Below, piece by piece: positions 19,139 to 29,532 of a stretch of 64,000 bases of DNA. The notes under the pieces were generated by a model. It made no database searches and had not been told where the DNA came from. It was given only the letters and a program-made list of their open reading frames with translations. The stretch is from an uncultured Gemmatimonadales bacterium (lineage in GTDB: Bacteria > Gemmatimonadota > Gemmatimonadetes > Gemmatimonadales > Gemmatimonadaceae): NCBI GenBank assembly GCA_963707505.1, contig CAVPQB010000006.1:352001-416000 (forward strand), written 5' to 3'. The position numbers were made by a program, and so were the translations under genes. Every line of letters begins with the position of its first letter. The first letter of the stretch is position 1.

Positions 19139-19864
19139 CTACGCTCGGGCCGATTCCCTGGTCATTGGCAGGGGGGTCTGCTCGTCGTACCGCGAAGCGT
19201 GATGGCGGGATGCCAACTGCCGCGTATCAATAACAAAGCACGAGCCAGCACGCGACGCTACCCCACCGTTCACCATGCGGCTCAGCGCCAGCGCGATCGA
19301 TTCGCGGGTGGCGCCCACCATCTCGCAGAGCAGCCGGTGATGCGATGGGTCCAGCTTGAGGGTCGCATCATCCACCATGAAGCCGGTATCCTCGCTCAGC
19401 CGCATTAGAACGGAGACGAGCCGGTCCTCGACGTTGAGCGATGCCAGCTCCTGCAATCTCTCGAGGAGCGTGCTGCGCTCGGCGAGGATCTGGCCGATCA
19501 ACGATATCGCGTGGGCTGGCTGCTCTCTCAGGAATGCGCGGAACTGCTCGCCGCCCAGGTGCAGTGTCTCGACTCCATCAGCGGCCTTGGCATCGGTCAC
19601 GTAGCAACCGCGCGGAGCGAGACCTTCGGCCCCGAAGGTCTCGCCCGGCATTGCTATCCCGCTTACGAAGCCGCGTCCGCCCTTCATGGGGCTTCGCAGC
19701 ACAACGTGGCCGTGCAACACGATGAAGATTCCGTCAGCGGCTGTACCACTCCGGTACACCTCGAATCCGCTGGGCCAGTGTGCTTTTGCGCCGAACTGGG
19801 ACGCCGCGATTCGCTCGCTGAGCGACAGTCGTGGCGTCCGGCGCACCAATGCTACATCATCCAT
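19139..19864 (-). CDS. Crp/Fnr family transcriptional regulator
   Basis: cNMP-binding fold (IFIVLHGHV, PGETFGAEGL) plus HTH MVGATRESIALAL. Confidence 0.88.
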   Translation of the reverse strand: MDDVALVRRTPRLSLSERIAASQFGAKAHWPSGFEVYRSGTAADGIFIVLHGHVVLRSPMKGGRGFVSGIAMPGETFGAEGLAPRGCYVTDAKAADGVETLHLGGEQFRAFLREQPAHAISLIGQILAERSTLLERLQELASLNVEDRLVSVLMRLSEDTGFMVDDATLKLDPSHHRLLCEMVGATRESIALALSRMVNGGVASRAGSCFVIDTRQLASRHHASRYDEQTPLPMTRESARA

Positions 19865-19868
19865 GCCC

Positions 19869-22016
19869 TCACTGTGTTCGCAAGCTTCGCGCCGCCGAGT
19901 CGAGCAGTCCTGCTGCCTTGATGAAACGCTGCGACAGGTCTGCTATCTCGCGTACAGACAATGCTTCATCTCCAGCCTTCACAGCCTCGTTGATGCTCGG
20001 CAATCCGATGTTCGCATAACCGTTGTCGTTGTCGGCTGCGTAGATCACGTTGCGGAACCATTCACGCTTGCTGACGGGCAGTCCACCTGCGCGAACGAAT
20101 GCGCGCTCGACCTGCATGAGCAGCTCATTTGCCTGCTTTCTCGATGCCGCCGATACGCCCCTTGCGAGCGCTGCATCACGCGTCTCGTTGAACTTGCTCG
20201 CAGCCGTCTCCATCACCGTGATCGATGAATCGAGCGCGCTGAGCGAGACGTTGGTCCAGTGCTTCTCCGCAATGTTCCTGGCTGCGGTGGCGGTAAGACC
20301 GCGCATTGCACGTGCGTATTCCACGTAGTCGTATGGGATGATGTCGGCGTCGGCGAGACGAGTGATGGCGACAGCGCCCATCACGCCCATGGTCGCGTGA
20401 TACTTGTAGCCGGGATCACCGAACTTGCTCATCCAGTGGTACGAATCGAACGCCGAGTGATACACGCCCATCGGTCCGCCGAATCCCCAGTCGGCGATGG
20501 GGATGCCGAGGTGATTGTAGAAGCCGGCAAAGTCGGAGCCGCCGCCTGGATCGCCGATCACCGGCTGCGCAGTGTCGGATTTTATCCGATCGGAGATACG
20601 CCACGCATCGTATACCGACCCCTTTCCGCTCGGGCTTGCGACGACTTTCGTGATATCGCGGAAGAACGGACGCAGCGACGGCGATCCACTCGCGCCGAGG
20701 TCGGGGCCGGTCGCGACTTCATCGAAGTTGATGTATGCAGTTCCATTCTTGAAGAGACGCGCGGAATCCTGCTCGACAAATTCCGTGGATCCCATCAATC
20801 CCCATTCCTCAGCGTCCCACGACGCGAAGACGATTGTACGTTTCGGACGATAGCCCTGCTTCATGAGATCGCCGATGGTGCGCGCGGTCTCGAGAATGCT
20901 GACGGTGCCGCTGATGTTGTCAGCGGTCCCGGGTCCCCACGCGTCGCGATGGCCGCCGATGATCACGAGCTCATCGGGATATTCCGAGCCCCGGATGGTG
21001 CCGAGCACGTCCCAGATGTCCTTGTAGGGATGCGTCTGGGCGTCGGTGGTGACGACGACGCGCGCGCGAACGGGTCCCGGTCCAACGTGATACCGGAACG
21101 GCAGGCCGCCTTGCCAGCCGGGCGGAAGCTCACCACCACCGCGCACGTCGCGCAGCAATTCCGCTGCGTTCTTGTACGATGCGGGGATCACTGGAATTCG
21201 CGGCAGATTTGTCTGATCCAGCGGGATACGTTTCGCGCCTGGAACGCTAGCGTAATCGGGCGTGGTCGGATCGCCGTTGTCGTTGAAGACACTGCCGCGC
21301 TGCACGCCGGTCCACGGCCTCATCGGCCCTTCGGGATAGATGTCGCCGCGCGTGAATCCGTCATCCGCAGGATCGCTGTAGATGATCAGCGCGGCCGCTC
21401 CGTGCTTCTCGGCTTCGCGCGCCTTGATTCCGCGATAGGATCTTCCGTAGCGCGCGACGACGATCTTGCCCTTTACAGAAACACCGAGTGAATCGAGCGT
21501 CGCGTAATCCTCGATCAGTCCGTAGTTGACGTAGACCACCTCACCCGTCGCGTCGCCAGCTGCGCCATATCCGTTGAACGTAAGGATCTGCGGATAGCTG
21601 AACGACGTCGTGTCCTCGGCAATTGGCCCTTCGGAGAGCGACAGCTCTGCGGCGTCGGGCGACACTCTGTACAGGTGCACGCTCGTCGGATGCGGCATGT
21701 AGATACTGTACGTGCGCACCTCCGGATCGATTCCATATTTCTTGAGCTCGCGGGCAAAGATGTCACGCGTTCTGGCCTGGGCTGGTGTGCCGGCCATGTG
21801 CGGTTCCTTTGACAGTTCGCGTGACAGCGAATCCGCATTTGCAGGCGAGGCGAGCGTCGCGGCTTTCGCTTCGAGCTCGCGTTGATGCTGCGCGTTCGCT
21901 GAAGTGAAGCCGGCGATAGAGGTCTGCGTGCCTTGCGTGCCTTGCGCCGACGCGAAGGATGCAGACGCGCCTGCGAGTGACACTGCTATCGCAGCGGTGA
22001 GCCTTGAAATTGTCAT
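19869..22016 (-). CDS. M28 glutamate carboxypeptidase II-like peptidase (PA and TfR dimerisation domains)
   Basis: PHMAGT, VYVNYG, IYSDPADDG, VQRGS, GHRDAW, DNISG, WDAEEWG, GSDF, YHSAFD. Confidence 0.93.
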   Translation of the reverse strand: MTISRLTAAIAVSLAGASASFASAQGTQGTQTSIAGFTSANAQHQRELEAKAATLASPANADSLSRELSKEPHMAGTPAQARTRDIFARELKKYGIDPEVRTYSIYMPHPTSVHLYRVSPDAAELSLSEGPIAEDTTSFSYPQILTFNGYGAAGDATGEVVYVNYGLIEDYATLDSLGVSVKGKIVVARYGRSYRGIKAREAEKHGAAALIIYSDPADDGFTRGDIYPEGPMRPWTGVQRGSVFNDNGDPTTPDYASVPGAKRIPLDQTNLPRIPVIPASYKNAAELLRDVRGGGELPPGWQGGLPFRYHVGPGPVRARVVVTTDAQTHPYKDIWDVLGTIRGSEYPDELVIIGGHRDAWGPGTADNISGTVSILETARTIGDLMKQGYRPKRTIVFASWDAEEWGLMGSTEFVEQDSARLFKNGTAYINFDEVATGPDLGASGSPSLRPFFRDITKVVASPSGKGSVYDAWRISDRIKSDTAQPVIGDPGGGSDFAGFYNHLGIPIADWGFGGPMGVYHSAFDSYHWMSKFGDPGYKYHATMGVMGAVAITRLADADIIPYDYVEYARAMRGLTATAARNIAEKHWTNVSLSALDSSITVMETAASKFNETRDAALARGVSAASRKQANELLMQVERAFVRAGGLPVSKREWFRNVIYAADNDNGYANIGLPSINEAVKAGDEALSVREIADLSQRFIKAAGLLDSAARSLRTQ

Positions 22017-22618
22017 TACTGTTCGTCCAGTTCTTCGAGTGCGTGTTGGATGGCGGCGCGAAGTTCCACTTCGGGATCATCCGAGCCGGATAGAGCGGCG
22101 GTGAGCTTGGTGAATTTCGTCACCATCTCCGATTCCACGAATCGCTCCGGGTTGCGAACGCCGAGCATGAAGAGCGATGATACGGCGAGCTCTCTGAGCA
22201 GCTTGAGCGTTTCGGGGGAAAGTGCTGCCAGCGAATCCGGGATCGGAAGCGATACCGCGGGCTCGCGCCGGCGATTGGGAGCTTCGAACATCGCCGTCAT
22301 CGGTGCCAGCGTTACTACGAAGGAGCCTTCAGTGTGCTCCTCCCACTTCGTAATGATGTTGCGCCGTCGCAATGATGGGAACAGCGCGAGGATGGTCTGT
22401 CGTACAACCGCGATTCCGCCCTCGCTTCCATTGCCGCGGCCAGTGATGATGAGCAGCTCGCCGGCGCGCTCGACCTGCCTGGCGCGAATCCAGCTATCCG
22501 CGCGCGCGCGCGCCTCTTGGGCGGTCGGAAGCGACTCCCGGAGGTTGAGCGTTCTCAAGGGTCCGAACCGGATCTCGTCGAACGCCTTCTGAATGTGGCT
22601 CGGATAACCGCGTGGCAT
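22016..22618 (-). CDS. Smr/MutS2-domain protein
   Basis: TLNLR...A...A, LLIITGRGNGSEGG, GSFVV; stop overlaps the start of the M28 gene. Confidence 0.8.
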   Translation of the reverse strand: MPRGYPSHIQKAFDEIRFGPLRTLNLRESLPTAQEARARADSWIRARQVERAGELLIITGRGNGSEGGIAVVRQTILALFPSLRRRNIITKWEEHTEGSFVVTLAPMTAMFEAPNRRREPAVSLPIPDSLAALSPETLKLLRELAVSSLFMLGVRNPERFVESEMVTKFTKLTAALSGSDDPEVELRAAIQHALEELDEQ

Positions 22619-22681
22619 TTCTTCAGGCAACTTGTCGCAGGTTCGCGTTGCGATGGAAGATATAACGCGTCTCGCGCGCCA

Positions 22682-24283
22682 TCACCTGAGCGCCGCCGCG
22701 ATGAGGCGGCCATCCACAGTCTGAGTTGGTCTGACGCCTACCACGCGAGCCAGCGTCGGAGCCATGTCCACGACTCTCACCCTCTCGGCGTACTTGCCCG
22801 GCCTGAATGCGGAGCCGTAGAAGATCATCGGGACGTGCGCATCGTAATCGTACGGTGAGCCGTGCTCCGCGCTTCCGCCGGGTTTACCCCAATAACTGTA
22901 CGGCGTGAGTGTCACGACGAGTGCGTATGTCGAGTCGCTGTCGAACATGTGCAGCCATCGGCGAGCGATGTCGTCGTGAACGGTGTCCGCGTGCGCGAGA
23001 TCACGAATGCGATCCGCGCGTCGCACACCCGGCACCGCAAGGATCGTATCGCGAAACGCAAGCACGAGCGAGTCGGCGTTCACATGCGCCGCGGCCAGAG
23101 CAGCGCGGTCGATCGCTACGACACCGCTGCTGAATGAGAATGCATTCTTCTGTGCGCCCGATGCCTGCAATTGAGATCGTACTCGCGCGACGTAGGGTCC
23201 GACGTCGACGTACGTCGCTCCGGCATTCGGGTCATGCGCATGTACGGTGGGATACGGCGCCACCGCATGATCGGCAGTGAGCGCGAAGACGATATTGCGA
23301 CTGCCATGTATGGCGTAGAGTGAATCCATGAACGCGCCGAGTGCGCGATCGAGCCGGATTATCTGATCGTGCTGTTCTCTCGAATCGGGGCCGTACGCAT
23401 GTCCGATGTAATCAGTCGCGGATAGCGAAATTGCAAGCAGATCGGTGTGCGGACCCGCACCAAGCTTCATTGCGCGCACGCCGGCGAGCGCGACTTCCAG
23501 GGTCAGTTGATCCATCCACGGATATGTGGATAGAGTTTCGAGCGCGAGCGCCGTATCGGACGGCATCACATGCGGAAAGGTGAAATCCTTTCCACCCTGC
23601 TCGGCGCTTACGCTATCCGGTTCGGGGTAGTTGCTGATCGGAAGCAGCGGATTCCATGTCTTGCCGGTGAAGCTCGCAGGCCGGCGCTTCGCGTTGTACT
23701 CGTCGAGCCACGCTGGCAGCGCGGTCGCGTAGTACGTACTGGTGGTGAACGTTCCATTGTTCGCGTACCAGAACACTGGCGATTTCGATTTGCCGATAGG
23801 CAGGATTGCGCCGCGATCCTTGCGCGATATCGAAAGCGAGCGCGATGCCGGATCGGCGGCGCGCATCCAGTCCGTCAACGTCGTGCCACGAAACCGTACG
23901 GGCGATGCACCGGCGCCTGGTGCGTTGACCAGCGTCACTGTCGTGTCGTTGACACCGGCCGAATTCATGACGATTCCGTTATGAACCGGGAAGCGTCCCG
24001 ACATGGTCTCCGAGTGGCCAGGTGCGGTCTCCGTTATCGCGTGATCCTGAAACGCGTTCGTGAACACCGCGCCGCCGCGATAGAGCCTGCCGAGTCCGCC
24101 GGAGAGCTGCGGCAGGAAGCGTGTGAGGTAGTCCGGCCGCATCTGATCGACGGTTATGAAGACGATGAGGTCCGGTCTGGACGTTGCGCTGGACCGCCTG
24201 TTCTCCACGTTCTGCGCACCCAGAGCCGACACCGCAATCGACGCTGCCGCGAGAGCGGTGATCACAACAGAATGCGTGCGCAT
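22682..24283 (-). CDS. Alkaline phosphatase superfamily protein (PafA-type)
   Basis: ITVDQMRPDY, TETAPGH, KDRGAIL, DYIGHAYGP, TADH, HGSPYDYDAHVP. Confidence 0.92.
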   Translation of the reverse strand: MRTHSVVITALAAASIAVSALGAQNVENRRSSATSRPDLIVFITVDQMRPDYLTRFLPQLSGGLGRLYRGGAVFTNAFQDHAITETAPGHSETMSGRFPVHNGIVMNSAGVNDTTVTLVNAPGAGASPVRFRGTTLTDWMRAADPASRSLSISRKDRGAILPIGKSKSPVFWYANNGTFTTSTYYATALPAWLDEYNAKRRPASFTGKTWNPLLPISNYPEPDSVSAEQGGKDFTFPHVMPSDTALALETLSTYPWMDQLTLEVALAGVRAMKLGAGPHTDLLAISLSATDYIGHAYGPDSREQHDQIIRLDRALGAFMDSLYAIHGSRNIVFALTADHAVAPYPTVHAHDPNAGATYVDVGPYVARVRSQLQASGAQKNAFSFSSGVVAIDRAALAAAHVNADSLVLAFRDTILAVPGVRRADRIRDLAHADTVHDDIARRWLHMFDSDSTYALVVTLTPYSYWGKPGGSAEHGSPYDYDAHVPMIFYGSAFRPGKYAERVRVVDMAPTLARVVGVRPTQTVDGRLIAAALR

Positions 24284-24368
24284 CCGTAAAAGATACGAAA
24301 GGACACAGATTCCGGCACTCGATGGGGACTTACGCTCGGTAGTTCTGTCACTTAATTAGACAACTCAG

Positions 24369-25304
24369 ATGCCGCGTTTCCCAATCGCCGGGCCATTTCC
24401 GGAAAGCGCCAGACCCGATGGCCTCCGCCACGCCCCTCACACCGTCCTGGTACTTGGTGGCGGTGCGATGCGCGGAATGGCACACATCGGAGTCATTCGT
24501 GCGCTGATCGAGGCGCGAATTCAGATCGACGCGATTGTCGGAACCAGCATCGGCGCGCTGATTGGGGCGCGCTGGGCAATGGGCGCTTCGATCGACGAAC
24601 TGGAAGCCGATGCGCTTGGCGTGACGGAGCAGGCGGTGCTCAAGCGCAACATCAAGGCGTACATGATCGCCGGTCTGGCGCAGACATCGATCTATGACGG
24701 TGAACACTATCGCGATCTGATTCAGCGAATAATCGCGCCCGCGACATTCGCGTCACTGGTACGTCCCATCCGCGTCAATGCAATGTCGTTGCGCAACGGC
24801 GACGAGCGCTGGTTCGGACATGGCGCCGAGTCGACGCTGAGTCTCGTCGATGCGGTGTACGCGTCTGGAGCACTGCCGCTGGTCTTTCCGCCGCTCTCGC
24901 TCGCTGATGGCGACCTGCTCGTGGACGGTGGGTTGAAGACGATGGTCGGACTGCTCGAAGCAATCCGGTGGGGTGCGAGGAGAGTCATTGCGATCGACGT
25001 GAGTGAGATAATCGACGCAGAAGACGCCAGCTGGGAGCGACAGGGAATGGTTGGAATTCACAGTCGCGTAGTTCAGATCCTCGCCGAGCCACAGCGAGCT
25101 GCGATTCAGGCCCAGCGCGAGCACGTGCCGACGCTTCATGTTCGGCCTCCGGTATATCACTGGCCATCGTTCACGTTTGGCGCTACGCGGGAGCTGATCG
25201 AGGCTGGGTATGAGGCGGTGAACGAGGCGCTGGAATCGGCGTCGTCGGCGCGGTTTCATGCAGCGGCGCCGGTGGGTCCGACCATCGTTCGGCGAAGGGC
25301 GTAA
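24369..25304 (+). CDS. Patatin-like phospholipase
   Basis: LGGGAMRG, GTSIG, DGG motifs. Confidence 0.9.
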   Translation: MPRFPIAGPFPESARPDGLRHAPHTVLVLGGGAMRGMAHIGVIRALIEARIQIDAIVGTSIGALIGARWAMGASIDELEADALGVTEQAVLKRNIKAYMIAGLAQTSIYDGEHYRDLIQRIIAPATFASLVRPIRVNAMSLRNGDERWFGHGAESTLSLVDAVYASGALPLVFPPLSLADGDLLVDGGLKTMVGLLEAIRWGARRVIAIDVSEIIDAEDASWERQGMVGIHSRVVQILAEPQRAAIQAQREHVPTLHVRPPVYHWPSFTFGATRELIEAGYEAVNEALESASSARFHAAAPVGPTIVRRRA

Positions 25305-25339
25305 CGGGGTATTCGAACGATCGTTCGACGAGGCTGTCG

Positions 25340-25493
25340 ATGCGGACGATTCCGCGAACATCGAATTCCGATTGTGCCTGAATGGGTCAGGCGCGGATAA
25401 ATCTGCGAACATCCAAATCCGATTGCATGTGACGGGGCCACGCGCGGATAAATCCGCGCCCTACGCTTGACCATCAATTCGGCGCGTGGATAG
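25340..25493 (-). repeat. Family-B repeat (84-bp copy at 25410-25493) preceded by degenerate ~51-bp tandem units
   Basis: GTAGGGCGCGGATTTATCCGCGCG on the minus strand; GCGAACATC..A.TCCGATTG recurs at ~25354 and ~25405. Confidence 0.75.
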
Positions 25494-25713
25494 TGGGGTC
25501 ACGGTAACACCGCGGGCTTCCGCGGCCTGAATCAACGCGTCACTCACCATGGACCACGCGGTTGGTTGACGCGACGGCTGAAGGGTCGAGGGGGTCATCC
25601 GAGGCAAAGTGTAGCGTTCACCCGACCGTTTGGTGTTGCGCCCGGGTCCATCCAGCACGAGCTTTTCCTGTAACCAGCGACACACAATCAAACCTGCATC
25701 AACCCTTCCTTCC

Positions 25714-26484
25714 GTGGCCATCCCTCAGCTGCATCCGACGACGGTCCGCAACGAATCATTCGGCGGAGTCACGTACCATCTCGAAGGCGAGCTCGTTCCG
25801 GTGCTCCATGTAGAAATCACGTCGATGCCCGTGTACTTCGAGCATCACGTACTGCTATGGAAGCATCCGACGGTTTCCGTCGGCGTGAAGTCGCTCGCCG
25901 GTGCGTTCAAGCGGCTCATATCCGGCATGCCGATCTTCATGACGGAGGCGAAGGGGATGGGGCACATCGCTTTCAGTCGCGATGGTGCGGGGCAGATAAT
26001 TCCGCTGCATCTCACGCGCGGGCAGGCGATCGACGTGCGTGAGCATCAGTTCCTCGCCGCTACCGACTCGGTCGATTTCACCTTCCAGCGTGTGAATGGA
26101 ATCGGCAACATTCTGTTCGGGCAGTCGGGACTGTTCATCGACACGTTCGGCGCACGAAACGGCGACGGGATCGTATGGCTGCACGGCTATGGCAACGTGT
26201 TCGAGGTGACGCTGCAAGCGGGCGAGCAGATCGACGTCGAGCCGGGTGGCTGGATCTACAAGGATCCGTCCGTGCGCATGGAGCTCGAAACGCAGAGTAT
26301 AGCGACAGGATTCTTCGCGAGCGGGGGACAGATATTCTTCAATCGATTTACAGGACCCGGGCGCGTTGGTATCCAGTCGATGTATTACCATCCACCTGTT
26401 GCGACGTCAGAAAGTAATACGCAGGCGGCGGTTGGTGGTGGGATACTCGGCGCGGTGATGCGCGGGGTGATGGATAATCGTTGA
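25714..26484 (+). CDS. AIM24 family protein
   Basis: YHLEGELVPVL, VYFEHHVLLWK, DVREHQFLAAT, WLHGYGNVFE, FTGPGRVGIQSM; GTG start chosen. Confidence 0.88.
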   Translation: MAIPQLHPTTVRNESFGGVTYHLEGELVPVLHVEITSMPVYFEHHVLLWKHPTVSVGVKSLAGAFKRLISGMPIFMTEAKGMGHIAFSRDGAGQIIPLHLTRGQAIDVREHQFLAATDSVDFTFQRVNGIGNILFGQSGLFIDTFGARNGDGIVWLHGYGNVFEVTLQAGEQIDVEPGGWIYKDPSVRMELETQSIATGFFASGGQIFFNRFTGPGRVGIQSMYYHPPVATSESNTQAAVGGGILGAVMRGVMDNR

Positions 26485-26526
26485 TAGGCGCGCACTGACA
26501 GGAACAAGCGCTCATGACGAGTCCGA

Positions 26527-28176
26527 CTACTTACCCGTCTTCAATGCTGTCTGAATAATCGCCTGCGCCTCCGACTGCACCACTCTCAGGTGATCTGTTC
26601 CCTTGAAACTTTCTGCATACAATTTGTAGACATCTTCGGTACCCGATGGACGGATAGCGAACCAGCTGCTGGCCGTACTAACTTTGATGCCGCCGATCGG
26701 ATCCTTGCTTCCGGGTGCTGTCGTGATGACGCTGGTAATCTTCTCGCCTGCTAGCTCGCTAACAGTCACGTCGCTCGGCGCGAGCTTCGACAGTATCTGC
26801 TTCTGTTCCGGCGTCGCCGGTGAATCGATACGCTCGTACACGGGATCACCGAATTCATGAGTGAGATCCTGATACAGCTGCCCGGGATCCTTACCCGTGA
26901 CCGCCGTCATCTCAGCGGCGAGCAATCCGGCGATGATTCCATCCTTGTCGGTCGTCCAGATCGTGCCGTCACGCCGCAGGAACGACGCGCCTGCACTTTC
27001 CTCGCCTGCGAATCCGATCGTTCCATTCATCAATCCATCCACGAACCACTTGAAGCCGACCGGCGTTTCCTTGAGCGGACGGCCAAGTCGCGACGTGACG
27101 CGATCGATCATGCTGCTACTCACCACTGTCTTGCCAACGCCTGCCGCAGGCGACCAGTTGGGGCGATGATCGAAGAGGTACGATATCGCAACTGCGAGAT
27201 AGTTATTCGGATTCAGCAGCCCGACGCTCTTCGCGACGATACCATGCCGGTCATGGTCGGTGTCGCACGCCCACGCGACGTCGTACTTGTCCTTGAGTCC
27301 GATCAACCGTTGCATCGCATACGGCGAAGAGCAATCCATGCGAATCTTGCCGTCCCAGTCCACGGTCATGAACCGAAACGTCGGATCCACATCCTCGCTC
27401 ACGACTGTCAGGTCGATCCTGTACCGTTCGGCTATCATGCCCCAGTAAAAAACTCCGGCTCCGCCGAGTGGATCGACGCCGAGGTGAAGTTTGGCGGATC
27501 GAATCGCGTCGAAGTCGATGACTGCGCCGAGGTCGCCGATGTACGCGTCCATGTAATCGTGCTTGTGAGTCGTCGCGGCACGAGTGGCGCGGTCGAACGG
27601 AATGCGTACAACGCCCTTGAGGCCATCACCGAGCAACTGGTTGGCGCGGTTCTGAATCCAGCCGGTGATGTCGGTATCGGCCGGACCGCCGTTCGTGGGG
27701 TTGTACTTGAAGCCACCGTCGTCGGGCGGATTGTGCGATGGAGTCACGACTATACCGTCAGCCAATCCGCTGGTACGGCCACGATTGTATGTGAGGATCG
27801 CGTGCGAGACAACCGGGGTGGGCGTGTAGCCGTCGCGGTCGTCGATCATCACGCTCACGCCATTCGCCGCGAGAACTTCCAGAGCAGACGCGAACGCAGA
27901 TGCGGACAGCGCATGTGTATCGATGCCAAGGAACAACGGACCGTCGATCCCATGTTGCTTTCTGTATTCGCAGATTGCCTGTGTTATGGCGAGGATGTGA
28001 TCTTCGTTGAAGGCGCAATCGAACGCGGATCCACGATGACCGGAAGTGCCGAACGACACGCGCTGCGCCGCAACTTTCGGATCGGGTACCAGCGAGTAGT
28101 ACGCAGTCATGAGCCGCGGTACGTTCACGAGGATGGACTGCGGTGCCGGCTTGCCGGCCAGTGGGCTGATGCTCAT
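26527..28176 (-). CDS. pgm: Phosphoglucomutase
   Basis: [15 protein letters not shown] (phospho-Ser), [20 protein letters not shown]. Confidence 0.97.
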   Translation of the reverse strand: MSISPLAGKPAPQSILVNVPRLMTAYYSLVPDPKVAAQRVSFGTSGHRGSAFDCAFNEDHILAITQAICEYRKQHGIDGPLFLGIDTHALSASAFASALEVLAANGVSVMIDDRDGYTPTPVVSHAILTYNRGRTSGLADGIVVTPSHNPPDDGGFKYNPTNGGPADTDITGWIQNRANQLLGDGLKGVVRIPFDRATRAATTHKHDYMDAYIGDLGAVIDFDAIRSAKLHLGVDPLGGAGVFYWGMIAERYRIDLTVVSEDVDPTFRFMTVDWDGKIRMDCSSPYAMQRLIGLKDKYDVAWACDTDHDRHGIVAKSVGLLNPNNYLAVAISYLFDHRPNWSPAAGVGKTVVSSSMIDRVTSRLGRPLKETPVGFKWFVDGLMNGTIGFAGEESAGASFLRRDGTIWTTDKDGIIAGLLAAEMTAVTGKDPGQLYQDLTHEFGDPVYERIDSPATPEQKQILSKLAPSDVTVSELAGEKITSVITTAPGSKDPIGGIKVSTASSWFAIRPSGTEDVYKLYAESFKGTDHLRVVQSEAQAIIQTALKTGK

Positions 28177-28254
28177 TATCGATCCACGGTGAGTACACCC
28201 GTATGAGAACGCGATTGGACGACATTTTCGACATCAACCTTTGCAGGCATCGTC

Positions 28255-29499
28255 ATGTCCATCCCGAATTATGAAGTAACACCGACCGCTCGCGCAATTG
28301 GCATGCCCGAGGTGACGGTGGCCGCGCGGCCTGCGCGAGTGCGCATCCAGTCGGTCGATGTGGTGCGAGGCCTGATAATGATCGTCATGGCTCTGGATCA
28401 CACGCGCGAGTACTTCACCTCGCCCGTGATCAGCCCCACCGATCTGACCCACGCGTCGGCCGCATTGTTTCTGACGCGCTGGATTACATACTTCTGCGCG
28501 CCAGTGTTCTTTCTGCTCACCGGCACCGGTGCATTCCTTTCGCTGCGCCGGAAATCGAAGCGCGAGCTGTCACGTTTTCTGTGGACGCGCGGTCTCTGGC
28601 TCATCTTTCTCGAGGTAGTCGCCACTCGTTGTCTGGGCTGGCAGTTCAATTTCGACTACCGGCTAACGATACTCTTCGTTCTGTGGGCACTGGGATGGTC
28701 GATGATCGCACTGGCGGCGTTGGTACACCTTCCGACAAAGGCAGTTGTGGCATTCGGCGTGGTGCTCATCGTTGCGCACAATCTCTTCGACTCCGTCAGT
28801 GCGGCATCGTTCGGAGCGCTGGCACCGGTCTGGCTGATCCTTCACTCGCCCGGTGTACTCTTTTCGACGCCGAGGTTCACGATCTTCGAGGCGTATCCAC
28901 TCGTTCCATGGATCGGAGTCACTGCGGTGGGCTATGGTCTGGGGCAGGTGTACAGATGGGAATCGGTCCGCCGCAAGGATCTCCTGCTCAGGCTCGGCGC
29001 CTTTCTCACCGGTGCTTTTGTGGTGCTGCGTTACGTGAACATCTATGGTGATCCGCAACGCTGGTCGCAGCAGCATTCTGTTGGATTCACCGTGTTGTCG
29101 TTTCTCAATACGACCAAGTATCCACCGTCACTGCTGTTCCTGCTCATGACGCTCGGGCCTGCAATGTTGCTTCTCTGGGCGGTGGATGGCCGCACGCCAG
29201 GGTGGCTGCGACCCGCGCTCACGGTCGGCAAGGTGCCGATGTTCTACTACGTGCTGCACGTTCCGTTGATACACGCGCTTGCGACCGTGGTGTGTTACGC
29301 GCGCTACGGGCAGGCGCACTGGATGTTCGAGTCGCCCACGCTGGACCGGTTTCCGATAACGCCGCCGCCCGGGTGGGATTACAGTCTGCCGGTGGTCTAT
29401 CTGATCTGGGCGATCGTCGTGGTAGCGCTGTATCCGGTGTGTCGCTGGTACGCCGCGCTCAAGTCACGGCGTACGGATTGGTGGCTGAGTTATCTGTAG
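28255..29499 (+). CDS. DUF1624 / HGSNAT-like multi-pass membrane protein
   Basis: RIQSVDVVRGLIMIVMALDH, TRWITYFCAP, KYPPSL, WWLSYL terminus. Confidence 0.88.
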   Translation: MSIPNYEVTPTARAIGMPEVTVAARPARVRIQSVDVVRGLIMIVMALDHTREYFTSPVISPTDLTHASAALFLTRWITYFCAPVFFLLTGTGAFLSLRRKSKRELSRFLWTRGLWLIFLEVVATRCLGWQFNFDYRLTILFVLWALGWSMIALAALVHLPTKAVVAFGVVLIVAHNLFDSVSAASFGALAPVWLILHSPGVLFSTPRFTIFEAYPLVPWIGVTAVGYGLGQVYRWESVRRKDLLLRLGAFLTGAFVVLRYVNIYGDPQRWSQQHSVGFTVLSFLNTTKYPPSLLFLLMTLGPAMLLLWAVDGRTPGWLRPALTVGKVPMFYYVLHVPLIHALATVVCYARYGQAHWMFESPTLDRFPITPPPGWDYSLPVVYLIWAIVVVALYPVCRWYAALKSRRTDWWLSYL

Positions 29500-29532
29500 G
29501 GGGCGTACCGGATCGGCACGTCGCAAACGTCA

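Noticed and set aside
25340..25493. Possible mini-CRISPR array
   Set aside because: Units are degenerate whole-unit tandem copies of a REP-like element, with no unique spacers and no cas genes.
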